Shown here: in pieces, positions 1 through 9,474 of the stretch
Layout: each line of letters begins with the position of its first letter
How positions within the stretch are numbered: position 1 is the stretch's first letter
Assembly (NCBI GenBank): GCA_027346135.1
Contig: DAIESS010000002.1
Location: 1-61,166 of the forward strand
DNA length: 61,166 nucleotides
Direction: 5' to 3'
Source of the DNA: Candidatus Saccharimonadota bacterium
GTDB lineage: Bacteria; Patescibacteriota; Saccharimonadia; Saccharimonadales; UBA4665
The notes under the pieces: model-generated
Databases searched by the model: none
What the model was told of the DNA's origin: nothing
Seen by the model: the letters and a program-made list of their open reading frames with translations, nothing else
Program-made: the position numbers and the translations under genes

Positions 1-1
1 T

Positions 2-709
2 GCGGGAACCCTGAAATCAAGAAATGGACAAGAAGTCGTTCTCACCGACGCACGCAGACTCTGGTATTGGGACGGCGCGGCCTCTCTGTCCGAACTATCG
101 GTGTCAGGCACAAAAAAACCTAAAAACTGCAAAGTTGGCCACACCGGCACGCTCGATCCGCTAGCCACCGGGCTGTTGGTGCTGTTAATTGGCAAAGACT
201 ACACCCGCCAGGCCGTCACCCTGTCCAAGCACGACAAAACTTATGAAGTAACAATGAAGCTGGGTGAAACCAGCACAACCGGTGACGAAGAGGGCGAAAA
301 AATAGCTGTATCCGACACTGTTCCGTCAGAAAAAGCTGTCCGAGAGGCTCTAGGGGGCTTACAAGGGGAAATTATGCAAGTCCCACCCCAATTTAGCGCT
401 ATGAAAGTTAACGGCGTCCGGGCCTACAAACTAGCGCGTGAGGGCAAGGCCGTCGAATTGGAAGCGCGCCCGGCCACAATTTATAGCAACGAGCTGACGG
501 GTTACGATTATCCATTCGTGAAATTTACAAGCCGAGTCGGCAGCGGCACGTACATTCGCAGCCTGGTCGAAGATCTGGGCCAAATGCTTGGCACGGGAGC
601 CTACATGTCCGATTTACGCCGTACCACCGTCGGTGATTTTGACATAGCGCAAGCCGTATTGGTGACCGAAATTCAGCCGGATTCACTGGGTAGTATACTT
701 ATACCTTAA
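2..709 (+). CDS. truB: tRNA pseudouridine(55) synthase TruB catalytic core. The 5' end runs off the window and the visible N-terminal part is atypical.
   Basis: KVGHTGTLDPLATGLLVLLIGK motif with the catalytic Asp at nt 131-196. The frame is open from nt 2, and GTG 101 is only the first in-frame start. Confidence 0.8.
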   Translation, partial: AGTLKSRNGQEVVLTDARRLWYWDGAASLSELSVSGTKKPKNCKVGHTGTLDPLATGLLVLLIGKDYTRQAVTLSKHDKTYEVTMKLGETSTTGDEEGEKIAVSDTVPSEKAVREALGGLQGEIMQVPPQFSAMKVNGVRAYKLAREGKAVELEARPATIYSNELTGYDYPFVKFTSRVGSGTYIRSLVEDLGQMLGTGAYMSDLRRTTVGDFDIAQAVLVTEIQPDSLGSILIP

Positions 710-772
710 CTTGACATGTCGGTAAGTGGGTTTATTATTGTTTACAAAATGATATAACCCAGAGGAAGAATT

Positions 773-1519
773 ATGAGTGCGAATGCAGCCGAAGTGAGTG
801 GAAACCGATGTTTAGTCGAAGAGCGGGCAGAGCTGGTTCAAGAGGTAGCAAGCTTATTGGTGCAGTCAGCGGCGGTCTTCGACTTGGCCCGGAGCTTTTC
901 GCCTCAGTCAGTCAGGCAGTTGCATGTAATTAGTCGTATGCGTAGTCCTTTTGTTCAGACGAGTGTAGGCCCTCACGGCGAAAAGATAATGTCTAGGCCC
1001 TCATTGCCTGAACAGCCAGAAGGTTATGAGTTGCCAGCCATCGTGTTGCCGGCAGCCGAATACCAAGATGTAACTAACGGTCGACTTGTGCGCAGGCGAG
1101 TCGCTTCAACCATGGAACTGCGCTACGATTATGAGAAACAGAGCGGTGTGGCAGAAGGATTGCCGCTTCCATCACCTACGCCAGATCATGTTCGATTCTC
1201 TAACCGGGCTATTTTGATGGATGGCGAGATCGAAAGGCGCAAAAATAATCAACTTACTCCTGTGCTTGGTTTTAGTGTGTTGGTAACAAACGGCGACGAG
1301 CTCGTATCGTCGGAATTTGCACCGACGGAGTCGTTTCCTTACCAAGATTATCCAGCCTCAGACAACAACTGGGAAGTTTTCTCGACTTATCCCGAAGAGG
1401 CCTTAACCGCCTCGGCGGTTGATCTGCACCGGCAAGTGGCCCGAGTATTTGCCGCCCGTTTAGCTTTGATCGAGATGGCGTTGCTCAACTCGCGGTGGTC
1501 ACCCGACGCAGCAAATTAA
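773..1519 (+). CDS. hypothetical protein (248 aa)
   Basis: Long ORF with an AGAGGAAG RBS and an upstream TTGACA-type promoter. No motif recognised. Confidence 0.5.
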   Translation: MSANAAEVSGNRCLVEERAELVQEVASLLVQSAAVFDLARSFSPQSVRQLHVISRMRSPFVQTSVGPHGEKIMSRPSLPEQPEGYELPAIVLPAAEYQDVTNGRLVRRRVASTMELRYDYEKQSGVAEGLPLPSPTPDHVRFSNRAILMDGEIERRKNNQLTPVLGFSVLVTNGDELVSSEFAPTESFPYQDYPASDNNWEVFSTYPEEALTASAVDLHRQVARVFAARLALIEMALLNSRWSPDAAN

Positions 1520-1676
1520 TGGTGTCGATTTCCCGGATAATTTAATGCAACAATCTTTGTAGGCTTGGCCAGGTCATCAGGTATGATGGCTCGGCTTGCC
1601 TGTCCGGCGAGGCGTTGTAATAATAGCTTAACGGCTAAAATTGTAAAAACATCAGGCGCATCTTAAAATACGATTA

Positions 1677-2354
1677 ATGAGAGAAGTTAGACGCCTAGAT
1701 TTTGCCGTCGATATATCCGAACGAGCACTTGACATGGCCACTGGCCTAGAGAGTACGAATCCTTGGCTACAACAACCGCAAGCAGCGGCGATTGCTTTAT
1801 TTAGAGCAATCGAAGCGCGCAAATACGCCCATACTTGGCGAAAGGAAAACCCGATTCATGTTGGGGCGTGTGGTATAAGCTTGCCCGATCGCGATCATTT
1901 TACCGCCTATATACACGGCGCCAACTTCAAACCTGAGCAATACGGGCCGATAAACACTCATGCCGAAGAGGAGGTGTTATATGCAGCCAGAAGCGTGCTT
2001 AATGTCTTGGCCGTGGTTGGGGATGTCCAACCGGATGACAATACTGGCTTGGCGGCCGAAACGCTTTTGCCCTGTAGCGCAGTTTGTTTGCCAATGCTAA
2101 AGGCCTCACAAAGTCTAGAGTCGCATTCTTTAATTCTTAGCGCCAATCCCGATTTATCAGTCGTACAATACTACGGTGTTCCGGAACTTAATAAAGTGTA
2201 TGAAACAGGGGATGTTGGTGAACTCATAACAGTCCACCTTGAAACTTCGCTTGCGGCTGACGACGCTGAATGGAACGAGAAAATTTTTTTACCGCTGATT
2301 GACCGCATTGTTGAGCGACTGAGTGGTGTTGGTGATCTTCTCCCGGAACAATAA
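1677..2354 (+). CDS. hypothetical protein with a cytidine-deaminase-like zinc motif
   Basis: VGACGISL..GANF, then T-HAE-EE (H95) and LPC-SAV-C (C133/C137). This resembles the CDA fold, but the Cys spacing is C-x3-C rather than PCxxC. Confidence 0.45.
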   Translation: MREVRRLDFAVDISERALDMATGLESTNPWLQQPQAAAIALFRAIEARKYAHTWRKENPIHVGACGISLPDRDHFTAYIHGANFKPEQYGPINTHAEEEVLYAARSVLNVLAVVGDVQPDDNTGLAAETLLPCSAVCLPMLKASQSLESHSLILSANPDLSVVQYYGVPELNKVYETGDVGELITVHLETSLAADDAEWNEKIFLPLIDRIVERLSGVGDLLPEQ

Positions 2355-2399
2355 ACCGCTCTTGTTAATAATTAATAAAAAGTGTATAATATAGCTATT

Positions 2400-2708
2400 A
2401 TGTCAGAGCAATTCCCGGAACTAGCAAACGATAAAGAGCCCGATTTGTTGGACCCTAGCGTAGCGGCCGAGGAAGTGCGCCGGCTGGAGGCCGAAAAAGA
2501 CCTGCTACTAAGTGTTTTAGGCGAAGAACGCGCTATGGCCGATCCACGTCTCCAGTTCTTAGCCGGTAAGTTGGCGGTTATGCGTGAGATAGCCCTGACT
2601 CACCAAGACCGTCAGCTGGAGATTGAACTAGCGAATGAACGTCTTCTCAACGAGCTGGACGCTCTCTTTGGCGAACAGGGCGAGTTACCGGGTGATACTC
2701 TTCAATAA
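2400..2708 (+). CDS. hypothetical acidic coiled-coil protein (102 aa)
   Basis: ATG 2400 lies 9 nt after TATAAT (2385-2390). The ORF-track GTG 2382 falls inside that -10 box. Confidence 0.5.
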   Translation: MSEQFPELANDKEPDLLDPSVAAEEVRRLEAEKDLLLSVLGEERAMADPRLQFLAGKLAVMREIALTHQDRQLEIELANERLLNELDALFGEQGELPGDTLQ

Positions 2709-2777
2709 GCTTGACAATTATCAAACAAACTGCTACTATACTTGAGTATCCAGTTCAAATAAAAAAGGAAACAAAAA

Positions 2778-3005
2778 ATGCCAAACGTAAAATTACATGA
2801 AAATCTCGAGCTGCCGGTCGTTACTGACGAAGCCAAAGCCGATGAAATTCTTAAAAACCTAAGCGATCAGAGCCGGGCTACTTTGCAGGCACCGAATATC
2901 GGTGCTGCCCTAGTTGACGGTATGGTTGCGAGCGGTGAAGAAGTCCAGCAGTTGCGTGACGACGGCCAAGGTATGGTTGTCGGTAGTTACGACAAAAGCC
3001 ACTAG
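2778..3005 (+). CDS. hypothetical protein (75 aa)
   Basis: AAAAAGGAAA RBS, with TTGACA-17-TACTAT upstream. Confidence 0.4.
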   Translation: MPNVKLHENLELPVVTDEAKADEILKNLSDQSRATLQAPNIGAALVDGMVASGEEVQQLRDDGQGMVVGSYDKSH

Positions 3006-3053
3006 TATAACTTCACCTGGATTGGCTGAGACCGGTACTACTCTTGGTAGTAT

Positions 3054-3081
3054 CGGTCCTTGGCTTTGGCGACCGTTTTTT
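3054..3081 (+). terminator. weak rho-independent terminator after the hypothetical gene cluster
   Basis: CGGTC..GACCG stem followed by TTTTTT. Confidence 0.35.
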
Positions 3082-3168
3082 ATAATTCGCTACGACCCCC
3101 ATGGCCAAAGAGGGCAGGGTCGGCCAGAGGGTTGCACCATCGGTCGTCATCTGGTACAATGTTTGCAC

Positions 3169-3435
3169 ATGATTACAACTGAGAAAAAACAAGCCGCTAT
3201 TAAAAGCGCGCAAGTACATGCCAAAGACACCGGTGGCGCTAGCGTCCAGGTGGCTGTGGCTACCGAGCGAATCAAGGAGTTGACCGAGCACTTGAAGTCC
3301 AACAAAAAAGACTTTGCTGCTCGCCGTGGTCTACTGCAACTCGTCGGCCGTCGCCGACGCCTGCTCAAGTACATTGCCGAGCGTGACTCGCAAGGTTACT
3401 TGGACCTGATCGCTAAACTCGGTATCCGCCGCTAA
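3169..3435 (+). CDS. rpsO: 30S ribosomal protein S15
   Basis: MITTEKKQAAIKSAQVHAKDTGGASVQVA..LLKYIAERD. ATG 3169 lies 8 nt after TACAAT (3155-3160). Confidence 0.93.
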   Translation: MITTEKKQAAIKSAQVHAKDTGGASVQVAVATERIKELTEHLKSNKKDFAARRGLLQLVGRRRRLLKYIAERDSQGYLDLIAKLGIRR

Positions 3436-3614
3436 GGTGCATAGATTACTCCGGCCGTCGACTGACAGCCGGACAAACTTGTGCACATTAAATACTTTGT
3501 GAGTACTTGCCGCGTAGGCAGAGACCAGATATACCCCCAGTCAAGCAGCACAAGTGGGGTGCTATATTTGCACTCTGCCTAAGCCGATACTCATTACAGG
3601 AAAGGAATAACCTT

Positions 3615-5762
3615 TTGAGTAAAACTATAAATCCTTATGGCCGAGACCTTATAACCGTCGAAACCGAATTTTGTGGCCGAAAATTGTCGCTAGAAGTTAA
3701 CCGCGTTGGTTTTCGTACATCCGCCAGTGTGTTAGTCCGTTATGGTGACACCGTCGTACTTGGTACGGCCATGGTGAGCCCAAATGTTGTCCAGGGGATG
3801 GACTACTTCCCCTTAAGCATCGACTACGAAGAAAAATTTTATGCAGCTGGTAAGATTTCGGGCAGCCGCTTTATTAAGCGGGAAGGTCGCCCAAGTGATG
3901 ACGCTATCCTAATCGGTCGTTTGATCGATCGCCCAATTCGTCCGCTGTGGCCTAAGGGCTACCGCCATGAAGTGCAGGGTGTCGCCACGGTTTTGAGTAT
4001 GGACCCGGCCTTTCGCCCTGACATGGTGGCTATGATTGCCATGAGTACTGCTTTTATGTTGACCGGCGCTCCGTTTGACGGTCCGGTGGCTGGCGTTCGT
4101 GTCGGCATGAACGACAAGGGTGAATACCAGGTGTTTATGACGCCTGAAGAGTTGAATGAGGGCAAGCTTGACCTCGTTGTGGCCGGTACCAAAGACGCCA
4201 TCATGATGGTTGAGGCCGGCGCTCGCGAGGCAAGCGAGGAAGATATCGTTGGTGCGTTGGAATTTGCTCAGACGGCTATTAAGCCGGCTGTTGAGTTGCA
4301 GCAACAACTTGTCAAAAAAGTTGGCGTAACTCCTCAGGAGTATGAACTACTTAAGCCCGAGCCGGCTATCCAGGAAAAGGTTGATGCTTGGCTCGAGGGC
4401 AAGCTTGGGGCTGCTTTGCGGGCACCATACCCAGAGCGTAACGCCTTAGTTCGCACTTTGCACGATCAAATGCACGATGAGTTTGTGGCTGAGATTGGCG
4501 AGGACGACTACAAAGACGTCCGCAACCACTACGCCGAAGCTTTCGAGCTAGCCATTCACAAGGACGTCCGCAAGGGCATTGTCGAAGAAAATATTCGCCC
4601 TGACGGCCGCAAACTCGACGAAATCCGCCCTCTAAGCAGTGAAGTCGGTTTCTTGCCACGAGCGCACGGTTCGAGCCTGTTTACCCGTGGTGTCACTCAA
4701 GGTATGAACATTGTTACCCTGGCGCCGCTTAGCTACGCTCAGCTGGTCGACACTATGGAAGTCCGCGACGGCGAACGCCGCTACATGCACCACTACAACG
4801 CGCCGGGCTACACCGTTGGTGAAGTTCGTCGCTTGGGTTCGCCGGGTCGCCGCGAAATCGGCCACGGTTACTTGGCCGAGCGAGCTTTGCTGCCGGTTTT
4901 GCCGAGTGAAGCCGACTTCCCGTACGCTATTCGTTCCGTAACCGAAATTATGAGTCAGAACGGCTCAACTAGCATGGCGGCAACTTGCTCTAGCTGTTTA
5001 GCGCTGATGGACGCCGGTGTGCCGCTCAAAGCCCCGGTTAGTGGTATTGCTATGGGCTTGATGGTTGACGGCGATAAAACTTACGTCTTGAGCGACATTG
5101 CTGATGCTGAAGACTTTGCTGGCGACATGGACTTCAAGGTTACTGGTACCAGCCAGGGCATTACGGCCTTACAGATGGATATGAAAGTGCACGGTTTGCC
5201 GGTCGCAACCCTTAAGCAGGCGCTTGAGCAGGCCAAGGGCGGTCGAGCCTTCATTTTGGAGCACATGTTAACGACTTTGGCCGAACCGCGCAAAGAGCTT
5301 AGCCCATATGCACCGCACGTTGAAGCTATCCAGATCAACCCCGACAAGATTCGGGAAATCATCGGTAAGGGTGGGGAAACCATCCAGAAGATTACGGCCG
5401 AGACTGGCACCGAAATCGACATTAAAGACGATGGTACGGTTATGATTGCAAGCCCCGACAAGGCCAAGATTGAAGCTGCCAAGCAGTGGATTGCTGACAT
5501 CGTTGAGGAGCCGGAAGTCGGTAAAATTTACCGTGACAAACCGGTTGTTAGCGTCATGGACTTCGGTGCTTTCGTTCAGATCATGCCCGGTAAGGATGGC
5601 CTGGTTCACGTTTCAGAAATGAAGGACGAGCGCGTTAACAAGCCGAGTGATGTCGTTAAAGAAGGCGACAAAGTTACCGTTAAATTACTGGCAATCGACG
5701 AACGCGGCCGCTTGCAACTTTCGATGAAAGCCGCCGCCAAAGAGTTAAACGAGAAGAGTTAA
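3615..5762 (+). CDS. pnp: polynucleotide phosphorylase (PNPase)
   Basis: Two RNase PH domains plus KH and S1 ([21 protein letters not shown]). TTG 3615 follows AGGAAAGGA. The start is uncertain and could be as far upstream as 3507. Confidence 0.9.
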   Translation: MSKTINPYGRDLITVETEFCGRKLSLEVNRVGFRTSASVLVRYGDTVVLGTAMVSPNVVQGMDYFPLSIDYEEKFYAAGKISGSRFIKREGRPSDDAILIGRLIDRPIRPLWPKGYRHEVQGVATVLSMDPAFRPDMVAMIAMSTAFMLTGAPFDGPVAGVRVGMNDKGEYQVFMTPEELNEGKLDLVVAGTKDAIMMVEAGAREASEEDIVGALEFAQTAIKPAVELQQQLVKKVGVTPQEYELLKPEPAIQEKVDAWLEGKLGAALRAPYPERNALVRTLHDQMHDEFVAEIGEDDYKDVRNHYAEAFELAIHKDVRKGIVEENIRPDGRKLDEIRPLSSEVGFLPRAHGSSLFTRGVTQGMNIVTLAPLSYAQLVDTMEVRDGERRYMHHYNAPGYTVGEVRRLGSPGRREIGHGYLAERALLPVLPSEADFPYAIRSVTEIMSQNGSTSMAATCSSCLALMDAGVPLKAPVSGIAMGLMVDGDKTYVLSDIADAEDFAGDMDFKVTGTSQGITALQMDMKVHGLPVATLKQALEQAKGGRAFILEHMLTTLAEPRKELSPYAPHVEAIQINPDKIREIIGKGGETIQKITAETGTEIDIKDDGTVMIASPDKAKIEAAKQWIADIVEEPEVGKIYRDKPVVSVMDFGAFVQIMPGKDGLVHVSEMKDERVNKPSDVVKEGDKVTVKLLAIDERGRLQLSMKAAAKELNEKS

Positions 5763-5776
5763 ACGCCAAAAATAAT

Positions 5777-5989
5777 ATGCAGCTGCTCAATCGCTTCCAC
5801 AAAACAATAACCGGATTGATTTTGTTTGGAGTGATTGAGCTGGCGCTGGCTTATGGCGCGGCCAGTTGGGCGATCGACAGTGGCAATTTGCTGCTTTATG
5901 TTGCCACCATCGTCTTGGTCTTCGGCGGTTTGCGCAATTTTGCTAAATTAATGAGTAACGTTATCCATGGCAAGCGACAAACAAACTAA
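5777..5989 (+). CDS. small membrane protein (70 aa)
   Basis: Two hydrophobic helices. Tightly packed between pnp and udg. Confidence 0.45.
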   Translation: MQLLNRFHKTITGLILFGVIELALAYGAASWAIDSGNLLLYVATIVLVFGGLRNFAKLMSNVIHGKRQTN

Positions 5990-6533
5990 CCTTGAAGAGC
6001 TTCATCAAAAGATTTTGCAGTCGAACATCTGTCCAGAGTTAGCTGCTACCGCCACCCAGCTGGTGTTTGGTGAGGGTAATCCGAACGCTGACATCGTTTT
6101 CATCGGCGAGGCGCCGGGCAAGCAAGAGGATTTGCAGGGCAAACCGTTCGTAGGCGCATCGGGTAAGTTCCTGAACGAGATGTTGGAAATGATTGGCTTA
6201 CAACGGCAGGACATTTACATTACCAACATCGTCAAATATCGTCCACCGAACAACCGCGACCCATTACCGGAAGAAAAACGAGCTTTTTTGCCATTTTTAC
6301 AGGAGCAACTTAACATCATTAAACCAAAATTGATTGTCACCCTAGGCAGGCACAGCATGGATGTGTTGCTGCCCGGGCTGAAAATCAGCCAAGTGCACGG
6401 CCAGGCCAAACGGTATCACGACCAAGTCTTTCTACCGTTATTTCATCCGGCCGCCGCGCTATATAACGGCGGGCTCAGGCAGACCCTAATTGATGATTTT
6501 GCCAGCATCCCCGCCATTCTCAAGAAAATCTAA
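5967..6533 (+). CDS. uracil-DNA glycosylase, family 4
   Basis: GEGNPNADIVFIGEAPGKQEDLQGKPFVGASGKFLNEML motif. Confidence 0.85.
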   Translation: MASDKQTNLEELHQKILQSNICPELAATATQLVFGEGNPNADIVFIGEAPGKQEDLQGKPFVGASGKFLNEMLEMIGLQRQDIYITNIVKYRPPNNRDPLPEEKRAFLPFLQEQLNIIKPKLIVTLGRHSMDVLLPGLKISQVHGQAKRYHDQVFLPLFHPAAALYNGGLRQTLIDDFASIPAILKKI

Positions 6534-6562
6534 ATTATTTCTACAAGAAAGGAAATAAAACT

Positions 6563-8626
6563 ATGCAACCAAATAACAATAATCAAAATAAACCCCCAAG
6601 ACGTAGCGGCAACCGACCGGATAACGGCGGTAACCGCCGCTCGCAAAATGGTGGTAATAATCAAAGTGGCGAGCGCCGCAACGGCGTGTCGCGTGGCCAG
6701 GCTGTACGTGCTCTTAAACGTACCCAAATGGACGCTCAACGCATTGCCAATCAGTATCAAGCCGCTTCACCGGTCAAGCAGCCTCGTCGCGCCAATGTAA
6801 TCGACGATAGCCCACGCCTGAAAATTATTGGCCTGGGTGGTATGGACGGCGGTGGCTCCAAAAACATGATGCTCGTCGAGTACATGGACGACGCCGTTAT
6901 TCTCGACTGCGGTAACGACCTTGGTGTTGACTTGCCAGGTATCAACTACGGCATCGCCGACACGGCTTACCTCGACACGATTCGCCACAAAATTCGTGCC
7001 TACATCATTACGCACGGTCACCTTGACCACATCGGTGGTTTGCCGCACATTGTGCCGAAATTTCCGGCCCCAATTTACGGTAGTAAATTTACCATCGGCC
7101 GGGTAGAGGAAATCTTCGAGAACTTCGGCTTACCAATGCCGGAAGGCTTTGAACTGCGTACTGTTACCATGAACGAGAACACGCACGAACGACTGAAAGT
7201 TGGTGTTTTCTACGTTGAACTTGTGCGCGTAACGCACTCGATTCCTGGTAGTACCGTGATTGTGCTCGATACGCCGGTTGGACGTGTTATTAATACCGGT
7301 GACTTCCGCCTTGACCCGAACCCGCTCGACCACGAGCGTACCGATGTCGAACGTTTGAAAGAGCTCGGCGACGAGGGTGTTTTGGCGCTAATGTCCGAAT
7401 CGACCACGGTCGAACGCATGGGCCGCACGCCATCAGAAAGCACTATCGAGCAAAGTTTCATCGACATCATCAACCAAGCACCGGGCCGTATATTTGTCGG
7501 TCTTTTCAGCACTAACATGAACCGTGTCCAGATGATCGTTAACGCTGCCGTTCACCATGGCCGTAAAGTTGCTATGGATGGCCGCAGCATGGTTTCGACT
7601 CTTGAAATGGCCGTCCGTCACGGCTTTGTCCGCGTACCGAAGGGCACCTTCGTACCAATCGCTTCAGTTGCCAGCATGAAAGACACCGACGTCGTCGTTG
7701 TTTGTACTGGTAGCCAGGGTGAGCCAAGTTCGGCCTTGCAGCGCATGGCCAACGGCGAACACCGCCACGTCAAGATGAAAGAGCAAGACACCGTCATTTT
7801 GTCGAGTACACCTATCCCGGAGAGTGGTAACGATGCCCTCATCGGTACGATGGTCGACAACTTGGTTAAAAAAGGTGTGCACGTTTTCGAACACCGCAAC
7901 CACGAACTGGACGGCGTTGGTCCGCTGCACGTTTCTGGTCACGCCTCACGCGATGAATATGCCGACATGATCAACTTCTTGAAGCCCAAATTCTTCATTC
8001 CGATCTACGGCGCCTTCCGCGTTAAGCAGCGCCACGTTGAGCTAGCCATCGAGCAGGGCATTCCACGTGCCAACACGGCTAATGTTGGTAACGGGGAAGT
8101 TATTGCCCTCACGCCCGACAAAATTGAAGTCGTCGGTGAAGTGCCAAGCGGAACTATCTTGGTTGACCAAACCGGCGCACTCGTTAGCAACGTTGTTGTC
8201 AAAGACCGTGTCCTCCTGAGCGAAGAAGGCTTGGTGGCAGTCGTCTTAACAGTCGACAAAAAGAGCGGCAATTTGCTAACCAGCCCCGATATCATCAGCC
8301 GAGGCTTCATCTACATGCGTGATAACGAAGAAATTATGAACGGTTTGCGTGTCGAATTGCGCCGCGCCGTCCAGCAGCGTTTCAAGCGGGTTGACCTCGA
8401 CCGCTTCAAGGCCGAACTCAAAGACCACATTACGCATTACTTGTTCGAGCAAACTCAGCGTAGCCCAATCGTCATTCCAGTCGTTAATGTCGTTGGCGCC
8501 AAAGGTGAGGTCAAAACGGCCGTTAATGGCCGCACCAAGAGCAGCGAAGAGGTTGCCGCCGAGCAACAAAAGCGCTTCCAACAGATGCGCGCTCGCTTGC
8601 TGACTCAAGACCCTCGTGTTGACTAG
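6563..8626 (+). CDS. rnj: ribonuclease J with an N/R/G-rich N-terminal extension
   Basis: Metallo-beta-lactamase HGHLDHIGG, beta-CASP and C-terminal domains. The first 60 or so aa are low complexity. Confidence 0.88.
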   Translation: MQPNNNNQNKPPRRSGNRPDNGGNRRSQNGGNNQSGERRNGVSRGQAVRALKRTQMDAQRIANQYQAASPVKQPRRANVIDDSPRLKIIGLGGMDGGGSKNMMLVEYMDDAVILDCGNDLGVDLPGINYGIADTAYLDTIRHKIRAYIITHGHLDHIGGLPHIVPKFPAPIYGSKFTIGRVEEIFENFGLPMPEGFELRTVTMNENTHERLKVGVFYVELVRVTHSIPGSTVIVLDTPVGRVINTGDFRLDPNPLDHERTDVERLKELGDEGVLALMSESTTVERMGRTPSESTIEQSFIDIINQAPGRIFVGLFSTNMNRVQMIVNAAVHHGRKVAMDGRSMVSTLEMAVRHGFVRVPKGTFVPIASVASMKDTDVVVVCTGSQGEPSSALQRMANGEHRHVKMKEQDTVILSSTPIPESGNDALIGTMVDNLVKKGVHVFEHRNHELDGVGPLHVSGHASRDEYADMINFLKPKFFIPIYGAFRVKQRHVELAIEQGIPRANTANVGNGEVIALTPDKIEVVGEVPSGTILVDQTGALVSNVVVKDRVLLSEEGLVAVVLTVDKKSGNLLTSPDIISRGFIYMRDNEEIMNGLRVELRRAVQQRFKRVDLDRFKAELKDHITHYLFEQTQRSPIVIPVVNVVGAKGEVKTAVNGRTKSSEEVAAEQQKRFQQMRARLLTQDPRVD

Positions 8627-8656
8627 TTCTTGACCCCTTGCGGCAGCATAAGCGGA

Positions 8657-8685
8657 TTGACATATCATGACAAAATTGTTATGAT
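8657..8685 (+). promoter_or_regulatory. sigma70-like promoter abutting ATG 8693 (leaderless)
   Basis: TTGACA-17 nt-TATGAT, with 7 nt to the ATG. Confidence 0.5.
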
Positions 8686-8692
8686 ATGACTT

Positions 8693-9016
8693 ATGAGTAA
8701 TCATGAACAAAACCAAAATCCAGATGAAAATGACAATCCCTATGTCGAAAATTTTTGGGAGCCGGCCGACGATCGCCAGCAATATCCGCGAACGCGTGAA
8801 GATGCCGAAATTGGCATAACCGAACAATTCAAAGATGAGCTAGCCAGCGAGCCTAACGTCGTGGGTCGTGCCCGTCATGAGCCCACATCTGATAAGCCGC
8901 TTGAGGATATAAGTGCTTTGCCCGAAATCTCCCAGGAGCCGGAGGTTACGAAGCAATCTCTGGCAGCAAAAATAGCCGGTTTGCTAGGCAAGCTTAGGCG
9001 ACACGATGGCGAATAG
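8693..9016 (+). CDS. hypothetical acidic protein (107 aa)
   Basis: ORF directly behind a consensus promoter. The composition looks disordered. Confidence 0.45.
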   Translation: MSNHEQNQNPDENDNPYVENFWEPADDRQQYPRTREDAEIGITEQFKDELASEPNVVGRARHEPTSDKPLEDISALPEISQEPEVTKQSLAAKIAGLLGKLRRHDGE

Positions 9017-9077
9017 TGCTTGCCACGGTGTCTTAGAGAAAAATTAGTCGTGTTGGCTCGATAAACAGAGCGACTAA

Positions 9078-9106
9078 TTGACAAATGATGTAATTTTTGC
9101 TATAAT
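9078..9106 (+). promoter_or_regulatory. sigma70-like promoter abutting ATG 9116
   Basis: TTGACA-17 nt-TATAAT, with 9 nt to the ATG. Confidence 0.5.
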
Positions 9107-9115
9107 ACCGTCATT

Positions 9116-9436
9116 ATGACAGAACGACCACCTGAACATCCTGACGATTTCCAAGACTACGACGATAGACGAGATCCTTGGGCAGTGAAGGATGTATTGG
9201 CGGAGATCCGAGAGGCTTTAAGCGCCAGTTGGATTGAAGAGGGCCAAGTGGCTGAAGAAGAGGCTAAGGAAAATCCTATAGCAACCGACGACCCGGAATT
9301 GGCGGCAGCCCTGCAGCGGCTAAGAGCTTTGCTCGATCCGCTGACTCGGCCTGCCAGTGTTAGCGATGAAGAACTTAAATCGGCTGAAGATGAAGTACAC
9401 CGTCTGCAGGCCAAAAACAAAGACCCGGAACAGTAG
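9116..9436 (+). CDS. hypothetical acidic protein (106 aa)
   Basis: ORF behind a consensus promoter. Confidence 0.45.
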   Translation: MTERPPEHPDDFQDYDDRRDPWAVKDVLAEIREALSASWIEEGQVAEEEAKENPIATDDPELAAALQRLRALLDPLTRPASVSDEELKSAEDEVHRLQAKNKDPEQ

Positions 9437-9474
9437 ACGCACCAAGGTTAAAAACGTATAATATAAAAACTGTT

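Noticed and set aside
2914-3168. N-terminal 85-aa extension of the rpsO ORF
   Set aside because: S15 homology begins at MITTEKK (ATG 3169), which is preceded by its own -10 box. The extension overlaps the upstream gene and a terminator.
3507-3614. Upstream TTG start for pnp
   Set aside because: The extension (MPRRQRPDIPPVKQHKWGAIFALC..) lies in a hairpin-rich leader. PNPase homology and a good RBS begin at TTG 3615.
8276-8827. 183-aa minus-strand ORF across the rnj 3' end and the next promoter
   Set aside because: It is antisense to a well-supported gene and to a consensus promoter, and it has no RBS.
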